Below the pieces are notes generated by a model. That model was not told the origin of the DNA. It was given only the letters and a program-made list of their open reading frames with translations, and made no database searches. From positions 1-31,829 of the forward strand of contig CALIJH010000167.1 of assembly GCA_938017765.1 (NCBI GenBank): DNA of 31,829 nt, read 5' to 3'. How positions within the stretch are numbered: position 1 is the stretch's first letter; every line of letters starts with the position of its first letter. A program made the position numbers and the translations under genes. Source of the stretch: an uncultured Leptotrichia sp. (GTDB taxonomy: Bacteria; Fusobacteriota; Fusobacteriia; Fusobacteriales; Leptotrichiaceae). Positions 15,954 to 25,411 of this stretch are shown here, one piece after another.

Positions 15954-16616
15954 TTATAATTTCGAAAAATCTACCTGATATTTATTGTTTTTAATTTTTT
16001 TCAAAATACCTCTATCGCATAATGTCGAGATTTCCCTCGAAAGGGAGGGTCTTGTAATTTCAAATTTTTTTGAAAGTTCGGATATATTGGGCTGAAATGA
16101 GATAATCCCGTCTTTTTGATTTTCCCTTATATAGCTGAGGATTTTGTCATTTATAGTTTTATTGACAAAATTAAACCATATTCTTTTGGATAAAAGCTGA
16201 CTTTTATTGGATATTTCATCGAGGAAATTTAAAAGAATTCTCTTATCCTCCTGCATAATTTCCACAAAATCTTTTTTATTCAGAAATAAATATTTGGATT
16301 TTTCAACGGAAATGAGGTCTACAGGGAAAACTTTAGTATCTCCGAATATAAATGCGGGAGCTATAATTTCGTAAGTTTTTATAAAGTCAATAGTGATAGT
16401 TTCTCCCCCTGATTTCTGCATTTCCCCTTTGGCAGAGCCTTCGAGGATAATGATGATATTTTCAATATTATCTCCTCTGAAAAATACCGTTTCATTTTTT
16501 TTATAATTTCTGATATGATAATTTATTTTTTTTAGTACGGCTTCTGTTTCATTTATGTCAAATCCTTTAAATAAGGAAACTTTTGATATTATTTTATAAA
16601 GTTCGTGGGGTTTCAT
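15954..16616 (-). CDS. Crp/Fnr-family transcriptional regulator (cNMP-binding domain + C-terminal HTH)
   Basis: 220 aa with an N-terminal cyclic-nucleotide-binding-like beta-roll. C-terminal HTH 'ISELSKKFEITRPSLSREISTLCDRGILKK'. There is no N-terminal Cys cluster, so it is not an FNR-type O2 sensor. RBS GGGAGG. Confidence 0.85.
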   Translation of the reverse strand: MKPHELYKIISKVSLFKGFDINETEAVLKKINYHIRNYKKNETVFFRGDNIENIIIILEGSAKGEMQKSGGETITIDFIKTYEIIAPAFIFGDTKVFPVDLISVEKSKYLFLNKKDFVEIMQEDKRILLNFLDEISNKSQLLSKRIWFNFVNKTINDKILSYIRENQKDGIISFQPNISELSKKFEITRPSLSREISTLCDRGILKKIKNNKYQVDFSKL

Positions 16617-16636
16617 AAAGACCTCCCTGTATAAAA

Positions 16637-17377
16637 TTATTTTATGTATTTTATAAATATTTCAGTAATTATGAGAATAAATACCGAAGGCAGCATATTT
16701 GCCACTTTTATATTTTTTTTCAGAACAATGTTGATACCTAAAGCACAAATCATTATTCCGCCTAAAAAGTCTAAATCCGATATTGCTTCAGGAGTCAGAA
16801 AAGATTTTATCTGCTGGGCAAAAAGATAAAATATTCCCTGATATATAAGTACCGAAAAAGCTGAAAAAATTACTCCTATACCATAAGTGGAAGCAAATAT
16901 TATAGCTGTAATTCCGTCCAGTACGGATTTTATGTTCAATATTTTATTATCACCGGCAAGACCGCTGTTTATAGGACCTATTATAGCCATTGCTCCTACA
17001 CAATACAGAATAGTAGTCATAGAAAGACCTTTGGCAAAATTGGAATCCTTTTCTTTATTTTCAATTGGATTTAAAAGATTATCATTTTTATAAGAAATAG
17101 ACGAAATTTTGGAAAATTTATTTTCTACGAAAATACTTAATTTTTTAATTTGAAAATCTATGTCAATAATTTGCCCAATAATTGAGCCGACCATAAAGTA
17201 TATAAGAATTTTGATTTCCCTGTCGGAATTAAATGTAGCTTTTATACCTGAAATAATAATAAATAAACCTATACAGTCCATTATAGTATTTCTGATATTT
17301 TCTTTAAACCTTTTTCCTATAACAAGCCCAAGCAGACTGCCTACTATAATAACTGCAAAATTAGTAATGATTCCCAT
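16637..17377 (-). CDS. DUF554-family (YqgA-like) membrane protein
   Basis: 246 aa. The N-terminus 'MGIITNFAVIIVGSLLGLVIGKRF' is typical of DUF554. Multi-TM. It is the first gene of a two-gene minus-strand operon with the Crp/Fnr regulator, separated by a 20-nt gap. Confidence 0.75.
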   Translation of the reverse strand: MGIITNFAVIIVGSLLGLVIGKRFKENIRNTIMDCIGLFIIISGIKATFNSDREIKILIYFMVGSIIGQIIDIDFQIKKLSIFVENKFSKISSISYKNDNLLNPIENKEKDSNFAKGLSMTTILYCVGAMAIIGPINSGLAGDNKILNIKSVLDGITAIIFASTYGIGVIFSAFSVLIYQGIFYLFAQQIKSFLTPEAISDLDFLGGIMICALGINIVLKKNIKVANMLPSVFILIITEIFIKYIK

Positions 17378-17646
17378 TGTTTTCCTTTCAAAATTTAAAT
17401 TTAACCTGTAGAATTATATCACAAATAAGTATAAAATTACAGTATATAAAAACTGATTTTACTGTAATTTCAAAGAAAATTTCTGATTTCAAAAATTTTA
17501 GGATTTATAACAGAAGGAAAATAATATCAATAAAATAATAAAAAAATAAAATAGTAAAAATAAAATGGTAGAAAAATAAAATAGAAATATAATTTATCAG
17601 ATTAATCAGTTTTATATTTTCTGAAAAAATAAACTCAAAAAATTAC

Positions 17647-17675
17647 TTGAAAATAATGTGGAAATATGGTAATAT
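17647..17675 (+). promoter_or_regulatory. Putative sigma70 promoter for rplS (TTGAAA-17-TGgTAATAT extended -10)
   Basis: -35 TTGAAA at 17647-17652, a 17-nt spacer, then TG-n-TAATAT at 17667-17675. It is followed by a ~100-nt leader containing a hairpin (CTGATA-cataa-TATCAG at 17719-17735). Confidence 0.5.
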
Positions 17676-17777
17676 ATTTCGTATATTGAATAAGGATATT
17701 CCGCTTTTATTGTTAATGCTGATACATAATATCAGTAAAGATAGAAAGAATATCGCGTAAAGAAGGGAGTGGATTTC

Positions 17778-18128
17778 TTGAAAGAGAAATTAATCGAACT
17801 GGTAGAAAAAGAATACTTAAAATCTGACATACCTCAATTTAAATCAGGAGACACAATAGCTGTCTATTATAAAGTAAAAGAGGGAAATAAAGAAAGAATA
17901 CAGGTATTCGAAGGTGTAGTTATAAGAGTATCCGGTGGCGGAATGGCTAAAAACTTCACTGTAAGAAAAGTATCTTCGGGAGTAGGTGTAGAAAGAATAA
18001 TACCTATAAATTCTCCGTTAATTGAAAAAATAGAAGTTAAGAGAATAGGAAAAGTAAGAAGAGCAAGATTATATTACTTGAGAAACTTATCAGGAAAAGC
18101 TGCTAGAATTAAAGAAATTAGAAAGTAG
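17778..18128 (+). CDS. rplS: 50S ribosomal protein L19
   Basis: Strong similarity to bacterial L19 (…[26 protein letters not shown]…RRARLYYLR…GKAARIKE). The likely start is TTG 17778 (MKEKLIELV), 9 nt after GGGAG. The ORF track starts at GTG 17769, directly abutting the SD. Confidence 0.9.
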   Translation: MKEKLIELVEKEYLKSDIPQFKSGDTIAVYYKVKEGNKERIQVFEGVVIRVSGGGMAKNFTVRKVSSGVGVERIIPINSPLIEKIEVKRIGKVRRARLYYLRNLSGKAARIKEIRK

Positions 18129-18133
18129 CTAAG

Positions 18134-18156
18134 AGCTAGCATTTGCTAGCTTTTTC
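18134..18156 (+). terminator. Rho-independent terminator after rplS (AGCTAGC-attt-GCTAGCT + T5)
   Basis: 7-bp GC-rich stem, a 4-nt loop and a T-run, directly after the rplS stop. Confidence 0.7.
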
Positions 18157-18252
18157 TGTTTACAGATATAGATTACGGAATAAATATAAGTACGAATAAT
18201 AATTTAGAAATAGAAATTAGAAACAGAAATTAGAAATAGAAAGGAAAAAAAT

Positions 18253-19794
18253 ATGAATATATTATTATGGGGAATATTTTATATAATAACTTCAATAATT
18301 CTTTTATATTTTTTCTTAAGAGAAAAACAGGTAGTGAATTTTATAAGAAAAAAAGAAGACGATATACTGAAAAATATTCCCATAGGAGATGAGGGAGAAG
18401 GAAAAAGAATAAAACTCGGAAATATTATAACAGTTTTAGGGATAGCCGTTTCCGTTATTTTCTTTTTTATAGTGGATAAGGAACCCGATTATGTAATTAA
18501 GCTTAAAATCTGGGGAATATACGGAATGTTTATCCTGAATATGATATTTTTGGTTATGAGGGAACAGCATGAATGGATATTTCTTTCAAATCTGATAATG
18601 CTTTTTTTAGGAAAATTGATGTTCAATATTTTAGATACAAATTTTTATATATATCTATTTGCGACTATGATACTGTCATTTCCGTTGATTTTCCTTTATA
18701 GAAAACCTTCAAAAGAAAGAATTTTGGAGTCAACCGTAAGAAATGATTCAAAACCCGGAGAATTTACAAAAGCACTGGAAAAAATTCAAAAAGAAACAGG
18801 GATGAGTCAGGAAGATGCTAAAAAAGAGCTGATAGAAATAGAAAAAAGAAAACAGAGTACATTGGGAAGAGCTTTTGCAAGAATGGATACGGCGATAACT
18901 GCTGTAGTTCTCGTTCTTCTGATACAGGCATTTTATCTGGGGAATTATGTAATACCTACGGGTTCTATGGAGCCTACAATAAAAGTAAAAGACAGAGTGT
19001 TTGCCAATATGATAAAATACAAGTTTTCCAATCCGAAAGTTGGTGATATTGTAGCATTCAAAGAGCCTGTAACTGATAAAATAATGTATACTAAAAGAAT
19101 AGTGGGAGTTGCAGGACAGACGTTGCAAATTAAAGATATTTCCGTTATGACTTTGACAGACCCCTCGACAGATAGTTCCGAAGAAACCAATGCAGGCAGA
19201 ATTTATTTAGATGACAAACTGTCCGAAGTTTTAAACAGACCTTACAGTATAGAAGCTCTTTTGAAAGACAATAAAATATATATACCGAAAAAAGGGGATA
19301 AAGTCAAACTGGATAAAATTATAGCGATATCAAAATTGGCGGGTTATGCCACTAATTCCGATAAAGATAATTTTTATATAGTTCAAACAAACTGGGAAGG
19401 CTATAAACAAGGTCAGGATTATGAAGAAATGACCGCAGAGCAGTTTTTGAGTAGAATAAATACAAAAAAAGACTTTAAAAACATTATAGGAAATTCTTCA
19501 GGGGAATATAATGAAAATGACCCTAAAACAAATACATATTATACATTCACATTAAAAGTCGAAGGAAGAGATGAACTCGTTTTACCGATACAGGATTTTA
19601 AATATAACGATGAAATGTTTATGAAACTCTTAAACGGAGAAACAGTAACTCTTGATAAAAATTATTATATGGCAATGGGAGATAATACTACAAACAGTTT
19701 GGACTCGAGATTTTTCGGATATGTTGCCGAAGACAGGATAAAAGGAAATCTTCTTTTGAGATGGTGGCCTTTAAACAGAGTAGGATTGATGTAG
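18253..19794 (+). CDS. lepB: Signal peptidase I (S26 family) with ~200-aa N-terminal multi-TM extension
   Basis: The catalytic Ser box GSMEPT and the Lys box 'YTKRIVGVAGQ' are present. C-terminal box E reads 'YYMAMGDNTTNSLDSRFFGYV'. The N-terminal 200 aa carry about 4 extra TM helices that canonical LepB lacks. Confidence 0.85.
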   Translation: MNILLWGIFYIITSIILLYFFLREKQVVNFIRKKEDDILKNIPIGDEGEGKRIKLGNIITVLGIAVSVIFFFIVDKEPDYVIKLKIWGIYGMFILNMIFLVMREQHEWIFLSNLIMLFLGKLMFNILDTNFYIYLFATMILSFPLIFLYRKPSKERILESTVRNDSKPGEFTKALEKIQKETGMSQEDAKKELIEIEKRKQSTLGRAFARMDTAITAVVLVLLIQAFYLGNYVIPTGSMEPTIKVKDRVFANMIKYKFSNPKVGDIVAFKEPVTDKIMYTKRIVGVAGQTLQIKDISVMTLTDPSTDSSEETNAGRIYLDDKLSEVLNRPYSIEALLKDNKIYIPKKGDKVKLDKIIAISKLAGYATNSDKDNFYIVQTNWEGYKQGQDYEEMTAEQFLSRINTKKDFKNIIGNSSGEYNENDPKTNTYYTFTLKVEGRDELVLPIQDFKYNDEMFMKLLNGETVTLDKNYYMAMGDNTTNSLDSRFFGYVAEDRIKGNLLLRWWPLNRVGLM

Positions 19795-19935
19795 CAATGG
19801 CTTAAATAAAATTAGGATAACATAATATCAGCTGTTACAAATTATTTTTAATATAAGACAGGCTTTTTTGGAAATTTTTGTATTTTAGAGATTACAGAAA
19901 TTAGAGATTATAGAAAAGAATAATAAAAAATAATA

Positions 19936-20466
19936 ATGAAAAAAGATATATACGAACTTTCCATTAATAATATTGATGAAAGTAAAATAAAAGAATTAGT
20001 CAAAATTCATAATGAAAATTTTAAGAATAAAGTTGAAGGAAGCTATTTTAAAGATATTTTAGAAAATAACCTTTATACGGTTTATTGTACTAACTGTATT
20101 ATAGAAAATATGGTAAGAAATATCGAAGAAAATATGATTACGGAAAAAGAGGAGAAAATATCGGGATATATTATTTATTATGATACTTTTTCCTGTTTTG
20201 ATTTATTTGAAATTGCAGTGGATAAAGAATTTCAGAATAGAGGCATAGGAAATAGACTGTTAGTAAATTCGATGTCGGCATTGTTTGACAATGAAAAATA
20301 TGAAAACAGGACAAAAGAAGAAAAATCAATTCTTCTGGAAGTCAATGAAAATAACTTCAGCGCTATAAAATTGTATAGAAAAAATAATTTTAAAGAAATA
20401 TCTGTCAGAAAAAATTATTATGGCACAGGACAGAATGCTCTCATAATGATAAAGTCAAATGATTAA
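19936..20466 (+). CDS. GNAT-family N-acetyltransferase (RimI-like)
   Basis: 176 aa. Acetyl-CoA binding motif 'IAVDKEFQNRGIGNRLL' (Q/RxxGxG/A). Confidence 0.8.
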   Translation: MKKDIYELSINNIDESKIKELVKIHNENFKNKVEGSYFKDILENNLYTVYCTNCIIENMVRNIEENMITEKEEKISGYIIYYDTFSCFDLFEIAVDKEFQNRGIGNRLLVNSMSALFDNEKYENRTKEEKSILLEVNENNFSAIKLYRKNNFKEISVRKNYYGTGQNALIMIKSND

Positions 20467-20713
20467 AAATTTATATTTTCCGACAGATAAAATATAGTGA
20501 AATCAAAAAGAGTAAGCCCAATGCTTATAATAAATAAAATTTACAGGAATAAAAAATATAATGAAATCAGAAATAAATTTTAATACTAAATCATTCGATT
20601 TTGCAACCATTTAATTTTGCAACATCGTCATAAAGTAAAACAAATATCAGAAATAGGAGGTAAAGATTTTATCTGAAATTTATTTTTAAATTTTGGGAAA
20701 ATCATAACAGAAT

Positions 20714-23365
20714 ATGGAAAAAGAACTGAATAAAACTTATTCACCGAAAGAAATAGAAGAAAAATGGTATAAAATATGGGAAGAAAAAGGATATTTCAAT
20801 GCCCAGCATAATGATGAAAAACCGGGATATTCCATAGTCATTCCCCCTCCTAATGTAACAGGGATACTGCACATGGGACATATGCTTGACAATGCAATTC
20901 AGGACACAATTATAAGATATAAGAGAATGAGCGGATTTGATGCTTTATGGGTTCCGGGTACAGATCATGCGGGAATTGCTACGCAGAATAAAGTGGAAAG
21001 AATGCTGCTTGAGCAGGGGACTACTAAAGAAGAGATAGGAAGAGAAGAATTTCTCAAAAAAACGTGGGAATGGAAAGAAAAACATGGAGGGCTTATAACT
21101 AAACAGCTAAGAAGGCTCGGAGTTTCTTTGGACTGGTCAAGGGAAAGATTTACAATGGACGAGGGGCTTTCCCGAGCGGTAAAGGAAGTGTTTATAAAAC
21201 TGTACAATGACGGGCTTATTTACAGAGGGGAATATATAGTAAACTGGTGTCCTCACGACAAGACGGCTCTTGCTGATGATGAAGTAAATCATATTGATAA
21301 AAATGGAAAAATATGGGAAATAAAATATAAAATAAAAGATAGCGATGATTATGTGATAATCGCTACTACAAGACCCGAAACAATGCTTGGAGATACAGGA
21401 ATAGCTGTAAACCCTAAAGATGAAAGATATAGCCATTTAATAGGAAAAACTGTAATATTGCCGTTAATGGACAGAGAAATCCCTGTAGTTGCCGATGATT
21501 ATGTGGATATGGAATTTGGAACAGGAGTAGTAAAAATGACTCCGTCTCACGACCCTAATGACTTTGAAGTTGCTAAAAGAACGGGGTTACAATTTTTAAA
21601 CATATTTACGGAAGATGCCAAAGTAAATGAAAACGGCGGAAAATATTGCGGGCTGGATAGATTTGAAGCAAGAAAAGCAATACTGAAAGACCTTGAAGAA
21701 CAGGGATATCTCGCAGGAGTAAAAGAACATAAAAATTCGGTAGGGCATTGCTATAGATGTGATACGATAATCGAACCGAGAGTTTCCACACAGTGGTTTG
21801 TAAAAATGAAACCCCTTGCAGAAAGAGCATTGGAAGTAGTTAAAAACGGAAAAATACAAATAACGCCGAAAAGGTGGGAAAAAGTATACTATAACTGGCT
21901 TGAAAATATAAGGGACTGGACTATTTCAAGACAGATATGGTGGGGACACAGAATACCTGCATATTATGCGGAAGACGGTACAGTTTTTGTAGCAAGGGAT
22001 ATGGAAGAAGCGAGAGCGCAGGCAAAAGAAAAATTTGGAAAAGAAGTTGATTTAAGGGAAGAAACTGATGTTCTTGATACATGGTTTTCATCCGCTCTGT
22101 GGCCTTTTTCCACAATGGGTTGGCCTGAAAAAACAAAAGACCTTGAAAAATTCTTCCCTACAAATACATTAGTAACGGGTGCCGATATATTGTTTTTCTG
22201 GGTTGCAAGAATGATAATGATGAGTCTGTATATAAATGACGAAATTCCTTTCAGTTATGTGTATCTGCATGGCTTGATAAGGGACGAACAGGGCAGAAAA
22301 ATGAGTAAATCATTGGGAAACTCTCCCGACCCGTTAAATCTCATAGATAAATACGGAGCAGATGCCATAAGATATAGCTTTCTCTACAATACATCACAGG
22401 GACAGGATATACATTTTTCTGAAAAATTATTGGAAATGGGTTCCACTTTTGCCAATAAAATATGGAATGTTTCAAAATTTGTATTGTCAAATCTTGAGGA
22501 CTTTGACAAGGAAACCTCTGTTACGGATTTGGAATTTAAATTAGAAGATATGTGGATACTTTCCAAATTACAGAAAGCAGCTAAAAATATAAATGGATAT
22601 ATGGATAATTATGAGCTGGACAATGCGGCAAAAGCAGTTTATGAATTTTTCAGGGGGGAATTCTGCGATTGGTATGTGGAAATAGCCAAAACGAGAGTAT
22701 ACGGAGGCGAAGGAACTGATAAAATTACTGCCCAGTGGGTATTGAGACACATTTTGGACAGCGGACTTAAAATGCTTCATCCGTTTATGCCTTTTATTAC
22801 AGAAGAAATATGGCAGAAACTAAGTTTTGATGAAGAAACAATAATGTTATCAAAATTTCCTGTAGAGGATAAATTACTTATAAATGAAGAAGCTGAAAAA
22901 GAGTTTGATTATCTGAAAGAAGTCATTACCGCAATCAGAAATATAAGAGGCGAAGCAAATGTATCTCCGTCCAAAAAAATTGAAATTATATTCAGGACTG
23001 TTTCCGAAAATGAAAAGAAAATATTGGCAGATAATCCGAAAATACTCGATAAACTTGCTAATGTCGAAAAATATGATTTTACACCTAATGTTGAAATTCC
23101 TGAACTGGTAGGATTTAGACTGGTTGAAACGACTGAAATATATATACCTTTAGCTGACCTTATAGACAAGAAAAAAGAAATAGAAAAACTTGAAAAAGAT
23201 ATAGAAAAAACTCAGAAAGAACTGGACAAAGTTTTAGGAAAACTATCCAATGAAGCATTTCTGGCTAAAGCTCCGCAGGCTGTAGTGGATAAGGAAAATG
23301 CCATAAAAGAGGAACTGGAAACAAAAATAGCTAAATTCAGGGAAAGCATAAATCTATATAAATAA
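20714..23365 (+). CDS. valS: Valine--tRNA ligase
   Basis: 883 aa. Class I HIGH motif (PPPNVTGILHMGHM), KMSKS motif (KMSKSLGN) and a C-terminal coiled-coil are present. Typical ValS length. Confidence 0.95.
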   Translation: MEKELNKTYSPKEIEEKWYKIWEEKGYFNAQHNDEKPGYSIVIPPPNVTGILHMGHMLDNAIQDTIIRYKRMSGFDALWVPGTDHAGIATQNKVERMLLEQGTTKEEIGREEFLKKTWEWKEKHGGLITKQLRRLGVSLDWSRERFTMDEGLSRAVKEVFIKLYNDGLIYRGEYIVNWCPHDKTALADDEVNHIDKNGKIWEIKYKIKDSDDYVIIATTRPETMLGDTGIAVNPKDERYSHLIGKTVILPLMDREIPVVADDYVDMEFGTGVVKMTPSHDPNDFEVAKRTGLQFLNIFTEDAKVNENGGKYCGLDRFEARKAILKDLEEQGYLAGVKEHKNSVGHCYRCDTIIEPRVSTQWFVKMKPLAERALEVVKNGKIQITPKRWEKVYYNWLENIRDWTISRQIWWGHRIPAYYAEDGTVFVARDMEEARAQAKEKFGKEVDLREETDVLDTWFSSALWPFSTMGWPEKTKDLEKFFPTNTLVTGADILFFWVARMIMMSLYINDEIPFSYVYLHGLIRDEQGRKMSKSLGNSPDPLNLIDKYGADAIRYSFLYNTSQGQDIHFSEKLLEMGSTFANKIWNVSKFVLSNLEDFDKETSVTDLEFKLEDMWILSKLQKAAKNINGYMDNYELDNAAKAVYEFFRGEFCDWYVEIAKTRVYGGEGTDKITAQWVLRHILDSGLKMLHPFMPFITEEIWQKLSFDEETIMLSKFPVEDKLLINEEAEKEFDYLKEVITAIRNIRGEANVSPSKKIEIIFRTVSENEKKILADNPKILDKLANVEKYDFTPNVEIPELVGFRLVETTEIYIPLADLIDKKKEIEKLEKDIEKTQKELDKVLGKLSNEAFLAKAPQAVVDKENAIKEELETKIAKFRESINLYK

Positions 23366-23426
23366 CTTAAAAAAAATCAAAAAATGTAGTATAATATATT
23401 ATCAACATAAAAATACAGATATACTC

Positions 23427-23453
23427 TGTTAGGAGTGTTAGGAGTGTTAGGAG
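23427..23453 (+). repeat. Tandem 9-nt repeat (TGTTAGGAG)x3, i.e. three Shine-Dalgarno-like elements in a row
   Basis: Three perfect direct copies immediately upstream of the ATG at 23461. The last copy serves as the SD, with GGAGG 7 nt before the ATG. Confidence 0.8.
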
Positions 23454-23460
23454 GTAAAAA

Positions 23461-23580
23461 ATGAAAAAATTAATTATAGCTATATTATTAGGATTAACTT
23501 TAATGTCGTGTTCTGCGGGAATTGGCGCCAGTGTTGGTAAAGGCGGAATTAGAGGTAATGTAGGTGTTACTTTTAATTAA
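23461..23580 (+). CDS. Small (39-aa) glycine-zipper lipoprotein (entericidin/YMGG-like)
   Basis: The peptide is MKKLIIAILLGLTLMSCSAGIGASVGKGGIRGNVGVTFN. It has a signal peptide with lipobox LMSC, followed by GxxxG repeats. Strong SD. It is below the size threshold of the ORF track. Confidence 0.55.
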   Translation: MKKLIIAILLGLTLMSCSAGIGASVGKGGIRGNVGVTFN

Positions 23581-23635
23581 AAAAAATAAAATTTTAAAAT
23601 AATATTCTCAAAATTTTTAGAGAGGAGGGAGTGCA

Positions 23636-24061
23636 ATGGGAGCGATCTTCTGGGCAATTTTGACATCAGTTTTTGCTTTACTGGAAATTATTATTCCCGG
23701 ACTTGTAACAATATGGTTAGCCTTGGCAGCTCTTGTTGTAACAGCATTAGCAGGGTTTATTAATAATTCCTATATTGAAGCTTTTATATTTTCAGTATTA
23801 TCATTGATTTTTATTTTGTTTACAAGACCTGTTTTACAAAATTATCTTAAAAAAAGAAGAAAAAATGATTTCAGCTCGGCAATGACAGGCTCGGAAATAA
23901 AAATAGAAAAAGTCATAAATACTGATAAGCCAAGAAAAGAATATGAAGTAAGATTTAAAGGTTCTATATGGACAGGCATCAGTGAAGATTTTTTTAAAGT
24001 TGGAGATGTAGTAATAATAAAAGATTTTAAAGGGAATAAAATAGTATTGGAAAGAAAATAA
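23636..24061 (+). CDS. NfeD-family membrane protein (short form, C-terminal OB-fold; partner of SPFH proteins)
   Basis: 141 aa. It has two or three N-terminal TM helices and a C-terminal beta-rich domain (…KGSIWTGISEDFFKVGDVVIIKDFKGNKIVL). RBS GAGGAGGGAG. It lies directly upstream of the SPFH gene. Confidence 0.8.
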   Translation: MGAIFWAILTSVFALLEIIIPGLVTIWLALAALVVTALAGFINNSYIEAFIFSVLSLIFILFTRPVLQNYLKKRRKNDFSSAMTGSEIKIEKVINTDKPRKEYEVRFKGSIWTGISEDFFKVGDVVIIKDFKGNKIVLERK

Positions 24062-24121
24062 AAATTTTAAAAAAGATAAATGGCAAATAAAAATCGAAAT
24101 AATAAATTTGGGAGGAAATTT

Positions 24122-25045
24122 ATGGAATTTTTATTAGTACCTTTTGTTATAGTAATTATAACAATGGCATTGATTATAGTATTTAAATCTATAAAAATAG
24201 TACCTGAATCAAGAGTTTATATAATTGAAAAATTAGGAAAATACGACCAGTCATTGGAATCGGGTCTGAACTTTATAAATCCGTTTTTTGACAGGGTATC
24301 AAGAGTAGTTTCATTGAAAGAGCAGGTCGTGGATTTTCCTCCACAGCCTGTAATTACAAAAGATAATGCAACTATGCAGATTGATACGATAATATATTTT
24401 CAGATAACAGACCCTAAATTATACACTTATGGGATAGAAAGACCTATTTCAGCCATAGAAAATCTTACTGCTACAACATTGAGAAATATAATAGGGGATA
24501 TGACTGTCGACCAGACATTGACTTCAAGGGATGTAATCAATACAAATATGCGGGTTGAACTGGATGAGGCTACTGACCCTTGGGGAATTAAAGTAAACAG
24601 AGTAGAATTGAAGAGTATAATCCCTCCAGCTGATATAAGGTCAGCAATGGAAAAGGAAATGAAGGCTGAAAGGGAAAAAAGAGCCAACATTCTCGAAGCA
24701 CAGGCAAAAAGAGAATCCGCAATATTAGTGGCTGAAGGGGAAAAACAGGCTGCAATACTTCGGGCAGAAGCAAAAAAAGAACAGCAGATAAAAGAAGCGG
24801 AAGGGGAAGCGGCAGCTATACTGTCTATTCAGAAAGCGAAAGCGGAAGCTTTAAGACTGCTGAAAGAAGCAGGTCCTACAGCAGAAGTAATTTCATTGAA
24901 AGGAATGGAGACTTTTGAGAAAGTTGCTGACGGAAAAGCTACTAAAATTATAATTCCAAGCAATATGCAAAATTTGGCAAGTATGGTAACAGGATTTGCC
25001 GAACTGAATGAAAAATACGATAATAATGTTTCTAAGGAAAAATAA
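24122..25045 (+). CDS. SPFH/band-7 (stomatin/prohibitin-like) membrane protein
   Basis: N-terminal TM anchor, then the SPFH domain (…IDTIIYFQITDPKLYTYGIE…) and a C-terminal Ala/Glu/Lys-rich coiled coil. The likely start is ATG 24122 (MEFLLV), preceded by GGGAGGA. The ORF track extends to ATG 24080. Confidence 0.85.
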   Translation: MEFLLVPFVIVIITMALIIVFKSIKIVPESRVYIIEKLGKYDQSLESGLNFINPFFDRVSRVVSLKEQVVDFPPQPVITKDNATMQIDTIIYFQITDPKLYTYGIERPISAIENLTATTLRNIIGDMTVDQTLTSRDVINTNMRVELDEATDPWGIKVNRVELKSIIPPADIRSAMEKEMKAEREKRANILEAQAKRESAILVAEGEKQAAILRAEAKKEQQIKEAEGEAAAILSIQKAKAEALRLLKEAGPTAEVISLKGMETFEKVADGKATKIIIPSNMQNLASMVTGFAELNEKYDNNVSKEK

Positions 25046-25091
25046 TATTTAAATAATTAAGAGAATAAAAGTTAAAAAAAATTAGAAAAAT

Positions 25092-25118
25092 AGCCTTATT
25101 TTAAGGCTGTTTTTTTTT
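25092..25118 (+). terminator. Rho-independent terminator after SPFH gene (AGCCTT-atttt-AAGGCT + T9)
   Basis: GC-containing 6-7 bp stem followed by a T9 run, 46 nt downstream of the stop. Confidence 0.75.
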
Positions 25119-25411
25119 GCTGTTTCTAAAAAAAACTTTGTATATCAATAATTACATTAGGTTGAAATGATAATTAAAAAATAATAAAATTTTTAAAAAT
25201 AGATTTTTTTTATCAATATGGAGTAGACATAAAAATGAAAACGAGGTATATTTTATAAAAGAATATTAAATATTGTTTTATTTAGTATTAATATAATGGG
25301 CTATTTTTAAATTTTTGGCGAAAAAAGGAGAAAAAAATGAAAAATATATTTTAACAGAACTATTTATTCACTAAAAATTAAATTTTCAAGCATAAAAGGA
25401 GGAAAAAGTAT

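Noticed and set aside
20467-20713. Possible T-box riboswitch upstream of valS
   Set aside because: I looked for the conserved T-box sequence (AATTAGGGTGGTACCGCG-like) and a specifier-loop/antiterminator arrangement and found none. The leader is simply AT-rich.
20965-23169. Minus-strand ORFs within valS (20965-21436, 21596-21859, 21921-22136, 22384-22780, 22909-23169)
   Set aside because: They are antisense to a full-length, motif-complete ValS.
24080-24121. Upstream in-frame ATG (MANKNRNNKFGRKF...) as start of the SPFH gene
   Set aside because: The downstream ATG at 24122 has a near-perfect SD (GGGAGGA) and begins directly with the TM anchor. The upstream 14 codons are basic low-complexity sequence without an SD.
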